Shown here: positions 1 to 13,232 of the stretch, piece after piece
Position numbering within the stretch: the stretch's first letter is position 1
How the letters are laid out: the number at the start of each line of letters is the position of its first letter
The notes under the pieces: model-generated
What the model saw: only the letters and a program-made list of their open reading frames with translations
Told to the model about the DNA's origin: nothing
Database searches by the model: none
Assembly: GCF_009914755.1 (NCBI RefSeq)
Contig: NC_060947.1
Length of the DNA: 64,000 nucleotides
From: the human T2T-CHM13v2.0 reference genome, Homo sapiens
Strand: one strand, 5' to 3'
Translations under genes and position numbers: made by a program

Positions 1-247
<247 letters not shown>

Positions 248-895
248 CTAATAAGTTTAGCAAACCCTATATATTATCTGTCTCAGAGATTAAAATCACA
301 CAGTAGTGAATTAAGGCTCTGTCTGACCCACCAGTTCCCAAATGTGTTAACCATGGAATCCTACCCAGAAGCCCTCATCCTCTATTCAAGGCTCCATTTC
401 TAGGAACTTTCCCAACCATACAGGGGTGCTGAGCCAGTCTTCCTGGAGAGGACTTCCTAAGGCAGAGCTATTAGGACCTGAGGGAAGGATTCCTGGAGTG
501 AAGCAATTCCAGACTAAAATTCCCAGGCTTGGGGTCTCCCTGGGAATTCCCTCAGAAGGCCCATATTTGCACCTGGGAAGAAAAAACAACTGTTGCCTAG
601 GAAATCTGCTCTTCAGGGACCCCAGGGCCCACTTTAGCTGTGTGTGGGTAGGGAGAGATGAAGGCGAAAGTTCCAGCTGCTATAGATGGTGGTGAATGAC
701 TTACACAAACAAGGACGAGTCTGGGCAGGTTTCAGGTTTCTGACAAAGAGAAAATTTTGAGAGACATTTACAGATACTCTCCGCATTCATCACACAAATC
801 TATGTCAGGATTTTGAGTTTGCAAAGCATCATCAGTATCATCTCATTGGAGCCTTGGCAATTCTGTGAGTTAAGAAGGGGAAGTAAATACTTATG

Positions 896-1302
896 TGTGT
901 TAGTCTGTTTGTACTATTATAAAGGCTGAGTAATTTGTGAAGAAAAGAGGTTTATTTGGATAGTGGTTCTGCAGGCTGTACAAGAAGCATGGTATCAGCA
1001 TCGGCTTCTGCAAGGGGACTTGGGCTGCTTCCACCCACAGTGGAAGGTGAAGGGGAGGAGAGATCACATGGCAAGAGCAGAATCGAGAGAGGAGGAGGGT
1101 GGTGCCACGCTCTTTTTAGCAATCAGTTCTGGAAACTAACAGAATGAAACTCACTCATTATCTTGAGGACAGCACCAAGCCTGTTCATGAGGGATCCTTC
1201 CCCATGGCCCAAACACCTCTCACCAGGCCCAACTCTAACACGGGATCAGATTTCAACATGAGACTTGGCAGGGACCAAACAAATCATATCCAAACCGCTG
1301 CA
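896..1302 (-). mobile_element. MST-family (MaLR) solo LTR
   Basis: TG...CA ends; MST hallmarks AAGAAAAGAGGTTTATTTGG, TTCTGCAGGCTGTACAAGAAGCATGG and TTTCAACATGAGA. Confidence 0.88.
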
Positions 1303-1604
1303 TCGTAGGATATGTGAATCACTGAGGCTTTCGTTCATGTGTTATCATAGCAAATACTTTAAATCCTCATAACAACCCTGTTAAGTGCCATTATTAGTAC
1401 CGTTTTTTTCCCCCAGATTTTGAAACTGAGGCTCAGTATTCCCACTTCGAAACACTCACTGGGCTAAGGTAAGAATACAAAGGGGAATCAGGCAGAAAAA
1501 AAAATCCTTTCCTCAAAGTATTCACAGCCCTCTTGAGGGAGAACAAAACTGAACAGCACTCGGGGAACACCGAGTGAAAAACTATGACCACTAAAAACTT
1601 GTTA

Positions 1605-1830
1605 ACAGTTAGCATTTAATGAGTGCTTACGTCCAGGCTCTGTGCTAAGTGCTTTGAATGCATTATATTATTTAATCCTAATAACATTTCTATGAGGAAG
1701 ACTCTATCATTATTCTCATTCTAAAAATGAATAAACTAAGCCTGAGACAGATGAACTGATTACTCTAGAGCTGATCAGCTAGGAGAGAGTGGAGCTATGA
1801 TTCTAACTCAAATCTCTTTGACAGTAGATC
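1605..1830 (-). mobile_element. MIR remnant (approximate ends)
   Basis: GAGTGCTTAC..CCAGGC..TGTGCTAAGTGCTTT..ATTTAATCCT pattern, the reverse complement of the MIR 3' end and core. Confidence 0.7.
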
Positions 1831-1944
1831 TGTTGTTAATTACAAAGTTCACTGTAGAAGGTCCTATGGAATCAATGGTGAGGAGTATCTCAACCATCAT
1901 CATATTCTAGCACATATGGTAAGTCATCTTTTAAAAAATTGATT

Positions 1945-2227
1945 GGCCAGGCACGGTGGCTCATGCCTGTAATCCTAGCACTTTCAGAGGCTGAGGCAGG
2001 TGGATCGCCTGAGCTCAGGAGTTCGAGACCAGCCTGGACAACATGGCAAAACTCTGTCTCTACAAAAAATAGAAAAATTAGCCAGGCATGGTGATATGTG
2101 CCTGTAGTTCCAGCTACTTGGGAGGCTGAGGTGAAAGGATTGCTTGAGCCTGGGAGGTTGAATCTGCAGTGGTCATGCCACTGAACTCCAGCCTGGGTGA
2201 CAAAGTGAGATCCTGTCTCAAAAAAAA
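1945..2227 (+). mobile_element. AluJ-like
   Basis: Dimeric Alu with J-type GGATTGCTTGAGCCTGGGAGG; TSD AAAAAATTGATT on both sides. Confidence 0.92.
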
Positions 2228-2698
2228 TTGATTGAATTGAATATCCATTTTAACCCAATTGGGAAGGTGCATTATCAGCATACGTATAAAACTGCATAGA
2301 CTTAAAATTTTACTTATAGATAATCACATCCTAGTAAGTGATCTAGCTGCATCTAGTTTGGTTACCCTTAATTTATGGTAACTTGGGGCCACTGGGCTCT
2401 CAAAAGAAGAGGTGCTATGGCAGGGACCACTTAATTTAAGTCACAAGAATGAAACTGACTCAGGAGTATCTGGAATTTAGATTCTAGGAGCTAGAATCTG
2501 GCCAGATTTTATGTAAAGTTTCAACTTTGGGTATGGTTTCCCCAAGATTAACAATCCTAAAGTTTGATCAACTGAAATTTGGTTACGTCTTCTGTGTTAA
2601 TTTAAATGGGGACTCCAAATATACTAAATATATTTGGAGATGCTTCAAGAAACTGAAGGGTTTGGAAAGCCCAATTTCATACAGGAAGTTTTTAGCTC

Positions 2699-3096
2699 TG
2701 ATATAGTTTGGATATTTGTGCCTACCCAAATCCCATGTTGAAATGTAATCCCTAGTGTTGGAGGCCCTGGTGGGAGGCGTTTGGGTTTTGAGGACACATC
2801 CCTCAATGGCTTGGTGCTGTCCTAGTTGATACTGAGTTCTCACGAGATCTGGCTGTTTAAAAGTGTGTGGCACCTCCTCTCCCTCTCTCTTGCTCCTGCT
2901 CTGGCCATGTGATGTGCCTGCTCCCTCTTCACCTTCCACCATGACTGTAAACTTCCTGAGGCCTCCCCAGAAGCAGATGCTAGCACAATGCTTCCTGTAC
3001 AGCCTGTAGAAATACGAGCCAAACAAACCTCTTTTCTTAAATAAATTACACAGTCTTGAGTACTTCTTTATAGCAATGCAAGAACAGCCTAATATA
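2699..3096 (+). mobile_element. MST-family (MaLR) solo LTR
   Basis: Starts TGATATAGTTTGGATATTTG, ends TTCTTTATAGCAATGCAAGAACAGCCTAATATA; perfect 5-bp TSD AGCTC at 2694-2698 and 3097-3101. Confidence 0.93.
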
Positions 3097-3523
3097 AGCT
3101 CCTTAAACCAAAATCATAAATTAGTTTTGCATGTGATTATGGTGCTTGCATTTCCATTTCCTCTTTATTGAGTACAATCTTGGTATTTTAGAAAAAGGGG
3201 ATTTTTTTTTTTTGCCACTCAATAATTGAGGAATGTTACTGTCTACTCTACTCTTGAAGAATGGAACACTTATTTACTAAGTCATACCTGTCTTTCTGTC
3301 TAATCTGCATATGCCAAAAAAATCATTTACCAGGCTCCTCCCACTACAGAAATGCAATCATTCCTACATGCCAACAGAAAGATGCGTAAATATGTGGTTA
3401 ATGTTCAGCCAATAGACCACATAACAAAGGTAAAACAGGCCACCTTTACCTTTATAAGGTGCCAAGTCATAAATGATAGCCATCTCATGGCTGTATTGCT
3501 TCCTTTAAAAAAAAAAAAATAGT

Positions 3524-3939
<416 letters not shown>

Positions 3940-4727
3940 TCACATGAACCACAATGTGAATGTGCAGAGCACAACCTGTACAACTGCACATAGCAGGCTG
4001 CTACCTCTCCATATCCTCCATTCTCCCAAACATCACGTAGGGTAGTTTTGAGTTTGCATACTGTAGAAGCCGTTGCTCACACAACATCCTGGCATCGAGC
4101 TTTGGCTCTGCTTAGCAGCACTGGGAAGGCCAAGAGATACATACTCACTTCTTAGCACTGCTTTTCTCTTGTCAGTTCTAAGAACATTCAACAACATTTT
4201 CATTCTTTGTTAGACATTAATGAAAACAATAAGCAAAGCTGGGTCAATAGTAATTGGTCTCATGTAGAAAATGACAGCTAGTCAATTATTTTTGATAAGC
4301 CCCTAGAAACAGCAAATAAAACATCTTTGCAATAACCCCTTGTCAATAGAATAGCCATAAATCTGAGTCTCAATACTCCAACTAATGCTCTAAGGAAAAA
4401 AATATTTTCTTTAAGCATAGTAACAGAAACATTTTGAAGAACGATGCCATCTTTCTCTCTCTAACTAGGAATGAACATTTTGATAATCTTGAAAGTTTCT
4501 TCTTGGCTTCACTGGGCAACAGGAACATTTTTAAATTGTGGTTTTGGTAGGCAGTAAATAAATGGATGTAAACATCACCTATTCAGAGATAGCCTTAGCA
4601 GGCAGAGAAAGGGGCACTCAAGTGATAGAATTTGAAGAGTGCTGAGAAGGCCACAGAACTAATAAATGCTATCATTTATGTTTCATTCCTTTGTATTAAG
4701 GGCACTGTGCAACCACCACCAACATCA

Positions 4728-4749
4728 ACACACACACACACACACACAC
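4728..4749. repeat. (CA)n microsatellite
   Basis: About 11 CA units read directly. Confidence 0.9.
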
Positions 4750-4774
4750 CCCTAGTTAACATAAAAATATTCCT

Positions 4775-5079
<305 letters not shown>

Positions 5080-8039
5080 AAAAATATTCCTAAGAGAGAT
5101 AACACACTACGCCTTTTTGATTACTGGCAAATTTCCCTTCCCACAGATGGTGTCTGGAAAAATAAGAATACTTGGTTATCTTTACGTGGAGGAAGAATAG
5201 GGTCAAGTAACAGATTCAAAACCTTGCTCACAGAGTATTTTCTGGAAAGGGTGCAGTAAGGTGGTGGCATGGGGGAAGAGAGGGGACAGGAAGCAATAAG
5301 AACAGTTGAGATAATATTTTAAAGGCATAGGATACTGAGCACCTTGGGAGGAGGAAGAAGGGATGACAGATGAAGGGAAGGTTAAAGGGCAGGAAACCCA
5401 AACTGTGCGCACTTCACGGTTTTGACTAAAACTGTTCCTGATCCCATTTCACAGGGATTGACTCTGAAGAAATTTCCCATCATAGAATTAGGAAAGTAAG
5501 CTATTATTTGGTATGTGTTCCTGGAAGGCTCACATTAACTGACAGTAAGGTCCTGGGAATTTATACCAAATTGGTTCTCCAGCTGTTGGCATATCATGAT
5601 GGTGGGTAGAAACAAACAGCTGCAACTCCCATCACCTCTCCTTTCCACCTGGCCCCATCACTGCTCAGCCCCATGCCTAATCTCTATGAATACCCAATGC
5701 TCACATGTCCCAGCAGCCTTGTCTGTCCTGAACTCAAGTGTAACTGACAGATTGGCTGTATTTCCCAATTTAACAGTATTTTTTCTTGGGAGTACAATTC
5801 TAAAGTTGTGGTGAAAATTTATGGAAAAATGTGTTACAATTTACCAACATGTGACTTTTTTGTTGTTGAAAACATTTCATTCATGATGCAAGGAGGTTTC
5901 TTATTCAAATATGAGTGTGAAACACAACTCTCAAAGTGTGAATAAAATGAAACTCATATGACAAGTGTTCATCCTGGATCTTCTTTCTGAATGTCACTTG
6001 CATTTAAATAGCTTATGGAAACATACCTAGTGTTTTACACAGATTACAAACTTGCCAGTGAGAAAAAGGATGTCCCTGTTCTTTCTTGCTGAATTTAAAA
6101 TGTGAGGCATGCACTATAAACTTCCTCTTAGACACTCGTACTTTAAATGTGATATTGTTCTCTTTTTTTTTAATTTAGCATGTCCAGCTGTTGCCCTATT
6201 TACAAGTTCTGTTCCTTCAATAAAATGCAATTACAGTTATCTGTGGGATGTTCTTTTATTTGTATCCCACACAAAAATAAAGATATTTTAATATTTATGT
6301 TTTCTCCCTCTGTCATCAAAAATTCAAGCCTATCACTGCAACCATAGTTTCTAAAAGGGAATAACTAATTACATTGTGTGATTTTGGTACTGGGAAGCAA
6401 CAAGAGTCCTTTTTTTACATATAAGCAACAAAACAATTTAACTAAGGTTATACTATTGCAGGTGGTATTTTGCCAAATAAATTACTTTTGCAATTTTTAT
6501 AAAATAGATGCAAACAAAATATTGTGATTTCATATTGGAAAGTCACAGGCAATCCTCTCCATAGGGTACCTACTTCATAATGAGCTACGTATGTTCTTAT
6601 TAAATGAAACGGGAGGAAAATAATGACAAGAGACATTTCACACAGGAAAATACACTGTTAGAAGGGGAAATCCATCTGGATTTTGGTTGCTGCAACAAAA
6701 ATCTATACAAAGTTTGCTTACTTTAAAATGTATGGGTATATGTAAATCGGTTGATTTTGTTATCTCAGTAAAATAGAATATTTTCTAATCTTTTCCTACA
6801 TGTGGTAATTGGTCAGCAACGAAGCTGATAGTTAACAAAAACCTGAAGCCCACATCCAATTAATGCACCATTTTGGCATTAAGTCTGAAGCACAATTAGG
6901 AGGGTCAGGCAATTCACTGTATTGTATACCAACAAGTTCAACCAAGCCACTTCATGTCGACCAAGAATGCTGGGCCTCACTGGTTTTAGTAGACAAAGCT
7001 ACAGCGATGTCTGGAGGCATTTTCAAACAGCTTAAGTAGCTCTTTAAAGTAACTATTACTTGTCATGTAAATTTCTAGTTTTAAGCAGTAGCCAGCTACT
7101 GACATTACTATGGTATACAGACAATTTAAATATGAAAAATTGAAATAAAAATAGACCACAATATCTGGTATTTCCAGACACAATCATCTGAAGCTATTTT
7201 TCTGCCTTCCTCTATGTGAGCAATAAGGAGAGAAAGAAAATGATACTTAAATTGAGGGAAACTAAAGAGAAATGACCTCATGTTCCATTAGCCAAAATCA
7301 ATACCTTATATATGCAAATGCAAGTTTCAACAGGGTATCCATATGCAAATTGTAAATGTGAAGCAGCATCCCTTTTAGTGCACAACTGAGCATTAGGTTG
7401 CTATTTATTTAGGGGATTTTCAGTAAATTGCGTGCTTTAATCTCTGTGTTATGGGAAATGGTCCCCTTCACCTCCTTCAGCAGTTACCTATGGCAGCTAT
7501 TAATGCCTATAAGCAATGCAGTGACCCTGGCAGTACATAATTCCACAGTGAATATTTAATTTTGAAGGTGAAAAATGAGGTATACTCCCCTCATAACACT
7601 TCTTTTTATGACTCTCTTAATTCTTTGAAATTTATTATTTTTGCTAAAAGCACCCAGAAGGTAATTGAAATAGATTTTCCAGATACATTTCTAGATTATC
7701 TTAACCTACAGTAACATGTTAACTCATTCATAATATTCTTAGCAAATACAGGAAATACAGCTTCCCTGCTTAAAAACTATCCCAACTAACCTGATATTTT
7801 ATGCTTCTTTAAGAAAAAACTAAAGTCATTTTCAAAGAACTTCTGGCTTTTTTCTTTTTTTTTGGAAGAGATCAAGCAATGCCCCCCAAACTTCTCTAGT
7901 CAATCATCAAGACTAGAAAAAAGGCATAGGTAAATAAGAGATGGAAGTGGCCCTATGGGACCAACCGTACAGAGAAAAGAACCAATTATTCTCTCTCAGG
8001 CTCCTAGCCCACCATTTAGCACCTGAATAAGATCATTTA

Positions 8040-8397
<358 letters not shown>

Positions 8398-8704
8398 TTA
8401 CCATCACTATCAGGTCTAGCAATGACTCTTCACTGAACTAGACATTGAATTATTGGGTTACTAGTCCCAGAAAATAAATGGCTGAAGAAGAATTGATAAC
8501 AATTTTCAGAGCAAAGAGAGTATTTCCTAAAATTGCAACTGGGGAAATGAGAAAGACACATGAACAAGTCATCCGCTAGCAGAATCCAATGGGGCCTATG
8601 GAATCACAAGCAGAGCAGTCTTTGGCATCTATTCATCCCACCTAGATATGCAGCTGCTGGAGGGCAGGCTTCTATCTCAAAAATCCTCTCTATCCCCATA
8701 ATAT

Positions 8705-9490
8705 TGACACAAAAAGGAGACAGGGAAATACTGGGTCGGAGAGGCCGGTTCCCTGGCAAAGGCCCCATCTTCAAGCCTGAAGACCTGTGGCCCTGAATGG
8801 GGACAGGCATTCCTGTTTTTGTGCCCAAAAAGTTGCCTTTTGGCCCAGCATACCCCCGTCTTGTACCCATATAAACCCTGAACCCCAGGCTCCAGGAGCA
8901 GACAAGCAGACGAGGAGATGAGCTGAGGAGACAAGCAGATGAATGGCAGAATGGTGCGCAGAGAAAGAGAGAAGGGAAGGAACATCTAAACGCCAAGAGG
9001 AGTTCAGCTAGGGGCAGTGGGAGGGTAGTTTGGCCACTGGACAGCCAAACTCCAGGGAAGATCATCTTCCCACTCCATCCCCTTTCCAGCTCCCCGTCCA
9101 TCCCACTGAGAGGCACCTCTACCACTCAATAAAACCCCATATTCACCCTTCAAGCCCATGTGTGACCCAATTCTTCTGGGATGCTAGGCAAAAGCTTGGG
9201 ATACAAAAAGCTGTCACACTGGCCCTCTGTCTTTGCAAAAACGCGGAAGGTCCACTGAGCTGGTTAACACTTAAACCATCTGTGGATGGCAAGGTTAAAA
9301 GAACACTGTAACACTGAGGCTGCAGGCACCCACCCCTAGATACTACTATGGGGCCAGAGCCCAAAGCACTCACCCTAGCTCCTGCTCCTGCCTGTCTGCA
9401 TGCTCCCCCTCCTGTCAGGGGTTTGAGCAGTGGTGAGCCAAACCACTGTCACAGGTCCTGTGAGGGGGATCAGGGAACTCTTCCATTTCA
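8705..9490 (+). mobile_element. ERV1 solo LTR, LTR1 family (LTR1B-like)
   Basis: TG...CA ends; 5' AGGAGACAGGGAAATACTGGGT..GGTTCCCTGGCAAAGGCCCC and 3' GGGGATCAGGGAACTCTTCCATTTCA as recalled for LTR1-type LTRs; TATAAA at 8870, AATAAA at 9128; no clean TSD. Confidence 0.8.
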
Positions 9491-10790
9491 TCAGCAGAGC
9501 TCAAATAATACTTGTGGAATCAATGCAGAAAATGGTAGACAATAGGCTACATTCACTTGTTCATTCAGTTAAAATAAGTTGTTACTATGGGCAAGGCACT
9601 GGAACAAAAGCTGCAGGAAAGAGGATATCTCCCCTCAAGGAGCTCACAGTCTACTTGGGGAGATAAGGCATGCTTGCAATTAGCTGCTAAAATACAAGAT
9701 AACAACAACAAATACAAGATAATACTAAGTAATAGGCTCATTTAAAGGGGTACAGGTAAAGTCTAGAGCAAGGGAGGATGACTTCCATCCAGAAGAAAAG
9801 GATAAGACCTCATGATAATGTGCCATTTGAAAAGGGTATCCTCCCCTGGGCCCTTTCCAGAGTCCCTCAAGTCAACCCTCACTTTCTCCTCAATGGGCGG
9901 GCCTCCTCCCTCCCTTCCTCTGCTGATAACACTTATTCTTTGACTCTGCTTTCTCTTGGGCCACTGCCAAGTGGAACACAGCTATATAGTTTCCCCTCCT
10001 CCCCATCTGTATCTACTTAAGCCCAGAAACCCTTTTGAGGTTTTGTAAGGGGTTTTAGGGCTAATAACTAAAAGGGAACAGACAAGGTTTAATAACACAC
10101 AGAGAGAAGTGGTAAGAAACTGAAAAAGTCTCTAGAAACAGCTCTCACAGATTTTCAGTGGAATGAAGATGAAATTAGGCCTGATATTCCTTTTTCTTTC
10201 CCTGAGCTCAAGTCTTCCTCCAGTATTCAGCAGTACCTACTTTTCTTTCTTTCCTTGTTCCCATCCTTTTCTTTCATGCACTTAAAACTTGTAGAGGAAA
10301 AGTTACCATAGGAAACTGGGTGTCTCTAGAGGTAAACATGACAGCACTCTACACTTCAGAAAATATAGACTACATTTAATATCTTCTTATGTTGCTCACA
10401 AAAAGAGTCATCTTAGATCAGATACATGGCGCCTAGGAAGAACACAGGGGTTTTGGACATAATACTTGCAAAATCAACCCTAGTAAGTAATAGCAAATAT
10501 CACAAGTACAACTTCACCGAAAGCGCACCCAGAATCTAGTGCTAACAGATACTTTCCTGTATCTTTCTTTAGCATCTACATTAAGTCACACACCTGTTGG
10601 GGTTCAGTGAGCACAAGCAACTATAAGCATGATGAGGAAGGACTACTGACACAAACCATGGCAACACGAACATATTTCAAGCTTGAGTGGCATAGCCTGC
10701 TTTAACAATGAGCACAGAATAGTAACATGAAATTTCCAAGGATGGGAAAGGAGGGTAACTTTTTTTATTTTGCTTCTAAGAGTACTGGGT

Positions 10791-11150
<360 letters not shown>

Positions 11151-11749
11151 TCAATGAATTCTCACACACAAGAATTCAACTCTGATTTTTTAGTGATGAT
11201 GTACCAACCATCACTCTAACAGCAATAAGATAGGGGGTGGAGTGAATCTTTTGTTGCTGTTGTTAATCAAGACATATTTGGAAGGAAATTGAGCTTATTT
11301 GCTGCAAAGGGAATGAATGGTCAAAAAATTGATGATTTAAATTATCACTTTTCTTATTCCAAATATTCAATGCTCTCATTAGTCTCCTAAAGTTCTTCAC
11401 TGTGTGTCTTTATTCTCAAGCTGACAAATACCAAATCATGTACTTTCTCTGCTCCCATTCCCAATTTCATGACTTTTTTCTTTAGTAAGTGCCAACTGTT
11501 ACTGGAGAAAGTAACGTAATTTTGCCATTTTGATGGTATAAACTTACAGTATAGCTTAACTTTAGCTGAGCCCTGGTTATTGTTTAACAAGCCTTTTTAT
11601 TTATACTTTGCTGACTACTTGTCATTTCCCAGGGCAGCCAATCTAAACCTTTCCTACTTTCCATTTGTCCCACATTTCCTAAGTCCTAAACCCAATCCTG
11701 TCCTTTTCACTCTTAGCGAATGATATTTCTCTGATAAAATGAGGATCTT

Positions 11750-12645
11750 AAACATGATTTCCTATGATGTCCTGCCTCTTTCTCTTCACTTGATCTCTCC
11801 TTCCTTCCTGTCTCAAATTACCACACTCTTCTCCACTCTACCCCCAAATATATTAAAAGAGGAATCAACATCCTCTTCCTCAACTCCAATCAATGTGACT
11901 TTCATACCCATCTCTCTAATGAAATTTGGTACTCAAATGTCACCAATGACTTTTAGAGTTGCTAAATGGGATGGTCACGTCTAACCTCCATCCTTTTCCA
12001 CCCCTATGGAGTATTTTACACTGCTTCTTCTTCAATCTCTCTGCCTTCCACATGAACATACCCTCAAGGCTTTCATTCTCATGCTCTATTTCTTTGCTGG
12101 GTCTTTTTTCTAAAATATCTTCTTTGGTAAATTTTCCTGCTTTCATGATTTCCATTATGATGAGTTATGTGGATAATTCCTGGATTTCTCTATAAGTCTC
12201 AATCTCTCTCCAGAGCTGTAGGCCTGTATTTCTGACTCCCTCTTGGACAGCTCCCCGTAAGCAGGTCACCTGTATTACAAACTCAACATGACCAAAATCC
12301 AATTCATTTTGCCTCTTGTAGTGATCATCCCACAATCCTTATTGCTTCAACCAACTTCCTTATTTCTACTCCTGACATCACTCTGCTCCTTCCCAGTTAC
12401 TAACAGCTCTGAAAGTAAAAAATATTTCCTTCCTTCCTCTTGCTCATCCCCATCCATATAGTCACAAATTCTATCAGTTCTCTTTTCCTCAATGTTTCTT
12501 ACATCGACCTCTAGCTTTTCCCTATCTCCACTGCTACAGCCCTAGTTAAGATCTTCATGCCTTACCTTCTATGTGAGAGACATCATGCTCAGTGCTTTAC
12601 ATAATGTATCTCACATAGCAGGTACACAATAAATATTTGTTCATT
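11750..12645 (+). mobile_element. L2 LINE remnant (approximate ends)
   Basis: Pyrimidine-rich L2-like text (GTCACCAATGAC, TATGTGGATAAT resembling a decayed YADD, CAAACTCAACATG); 3' end AATAAATATTTGTT. Confidence 0.7.
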
Positions 12646-13079
12646 ATACTATCCTTTTCCTACAAATGATGCTAGACAGATATTTTCAACCATCACCACA
12701 AACTGGTACCCCCAAAAGAATTTCCCTTTAAAAATGTAAAAGCCATTATTTAAAAATACCAGGCAAGAGATGATACACTTTAAACCACATACAAAGTAGG
12801 ATGGAAGAAGTGATTAGGTGATATATAGTGGAAGTTCATCATCCTCAAGTAGTGCAACTGTACAGTACATGATAAGTAGAATCCTACCGCCTCACATTCA
12901 GAAAGAAAACTATATGATAGTGAAAATGGTGCCAACACATTTAGTTCCTTCCAAAGGGATCCACAAGGATGAAAAGTAAGACATAAGACATAAGGATAGC
13001 TATTAAACTGGCTTCCAGCTTGCTTAATGCCCAAGAAACTTAAAGATGATGGCAGGTAACCACAGCCACCCTCCCCACC

Positions 13080-13232
13080 TTTTTAAGAGATAGGGTGTCC
13101 CTCTGTCACTCAAGCTGGAGTAGAGTGGCACAATCATAGCTCACTGCAGCCTTGAACTCCTGGGCTCAAGCGATCCTCCCACCTCAGCCTCCCAAGTAGC
13201 TAGGACTATAGGCATGCACCACCACATCCAGC
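13080..13232 (-). mobile_element. Alu right monomer (FRAM/AluJ-type)
   Basis: GCTCACTGCAGCCTTGAACTCCTGGGCTCAAGCGATCCTCCC; single arm. Confidence 0.85.

Noticed and set aside
2583-3026. 147-aa minus-strand ORF
   Set aside because: Mostly antisense to the MST LTR; non-ATG start; no recognisable domain
8604-9125. 173-aa ORF, the longest in the window
   Set aside because: Antisense to the LTR1-type LTR; non-ATG start; no protein resemblance
9690-9722. 13-bp direct repeat AAATACAAGATAA around CAACAAC
   Set aside because: Low-complexity slippage product; too short to call a TSD-flanked insertion
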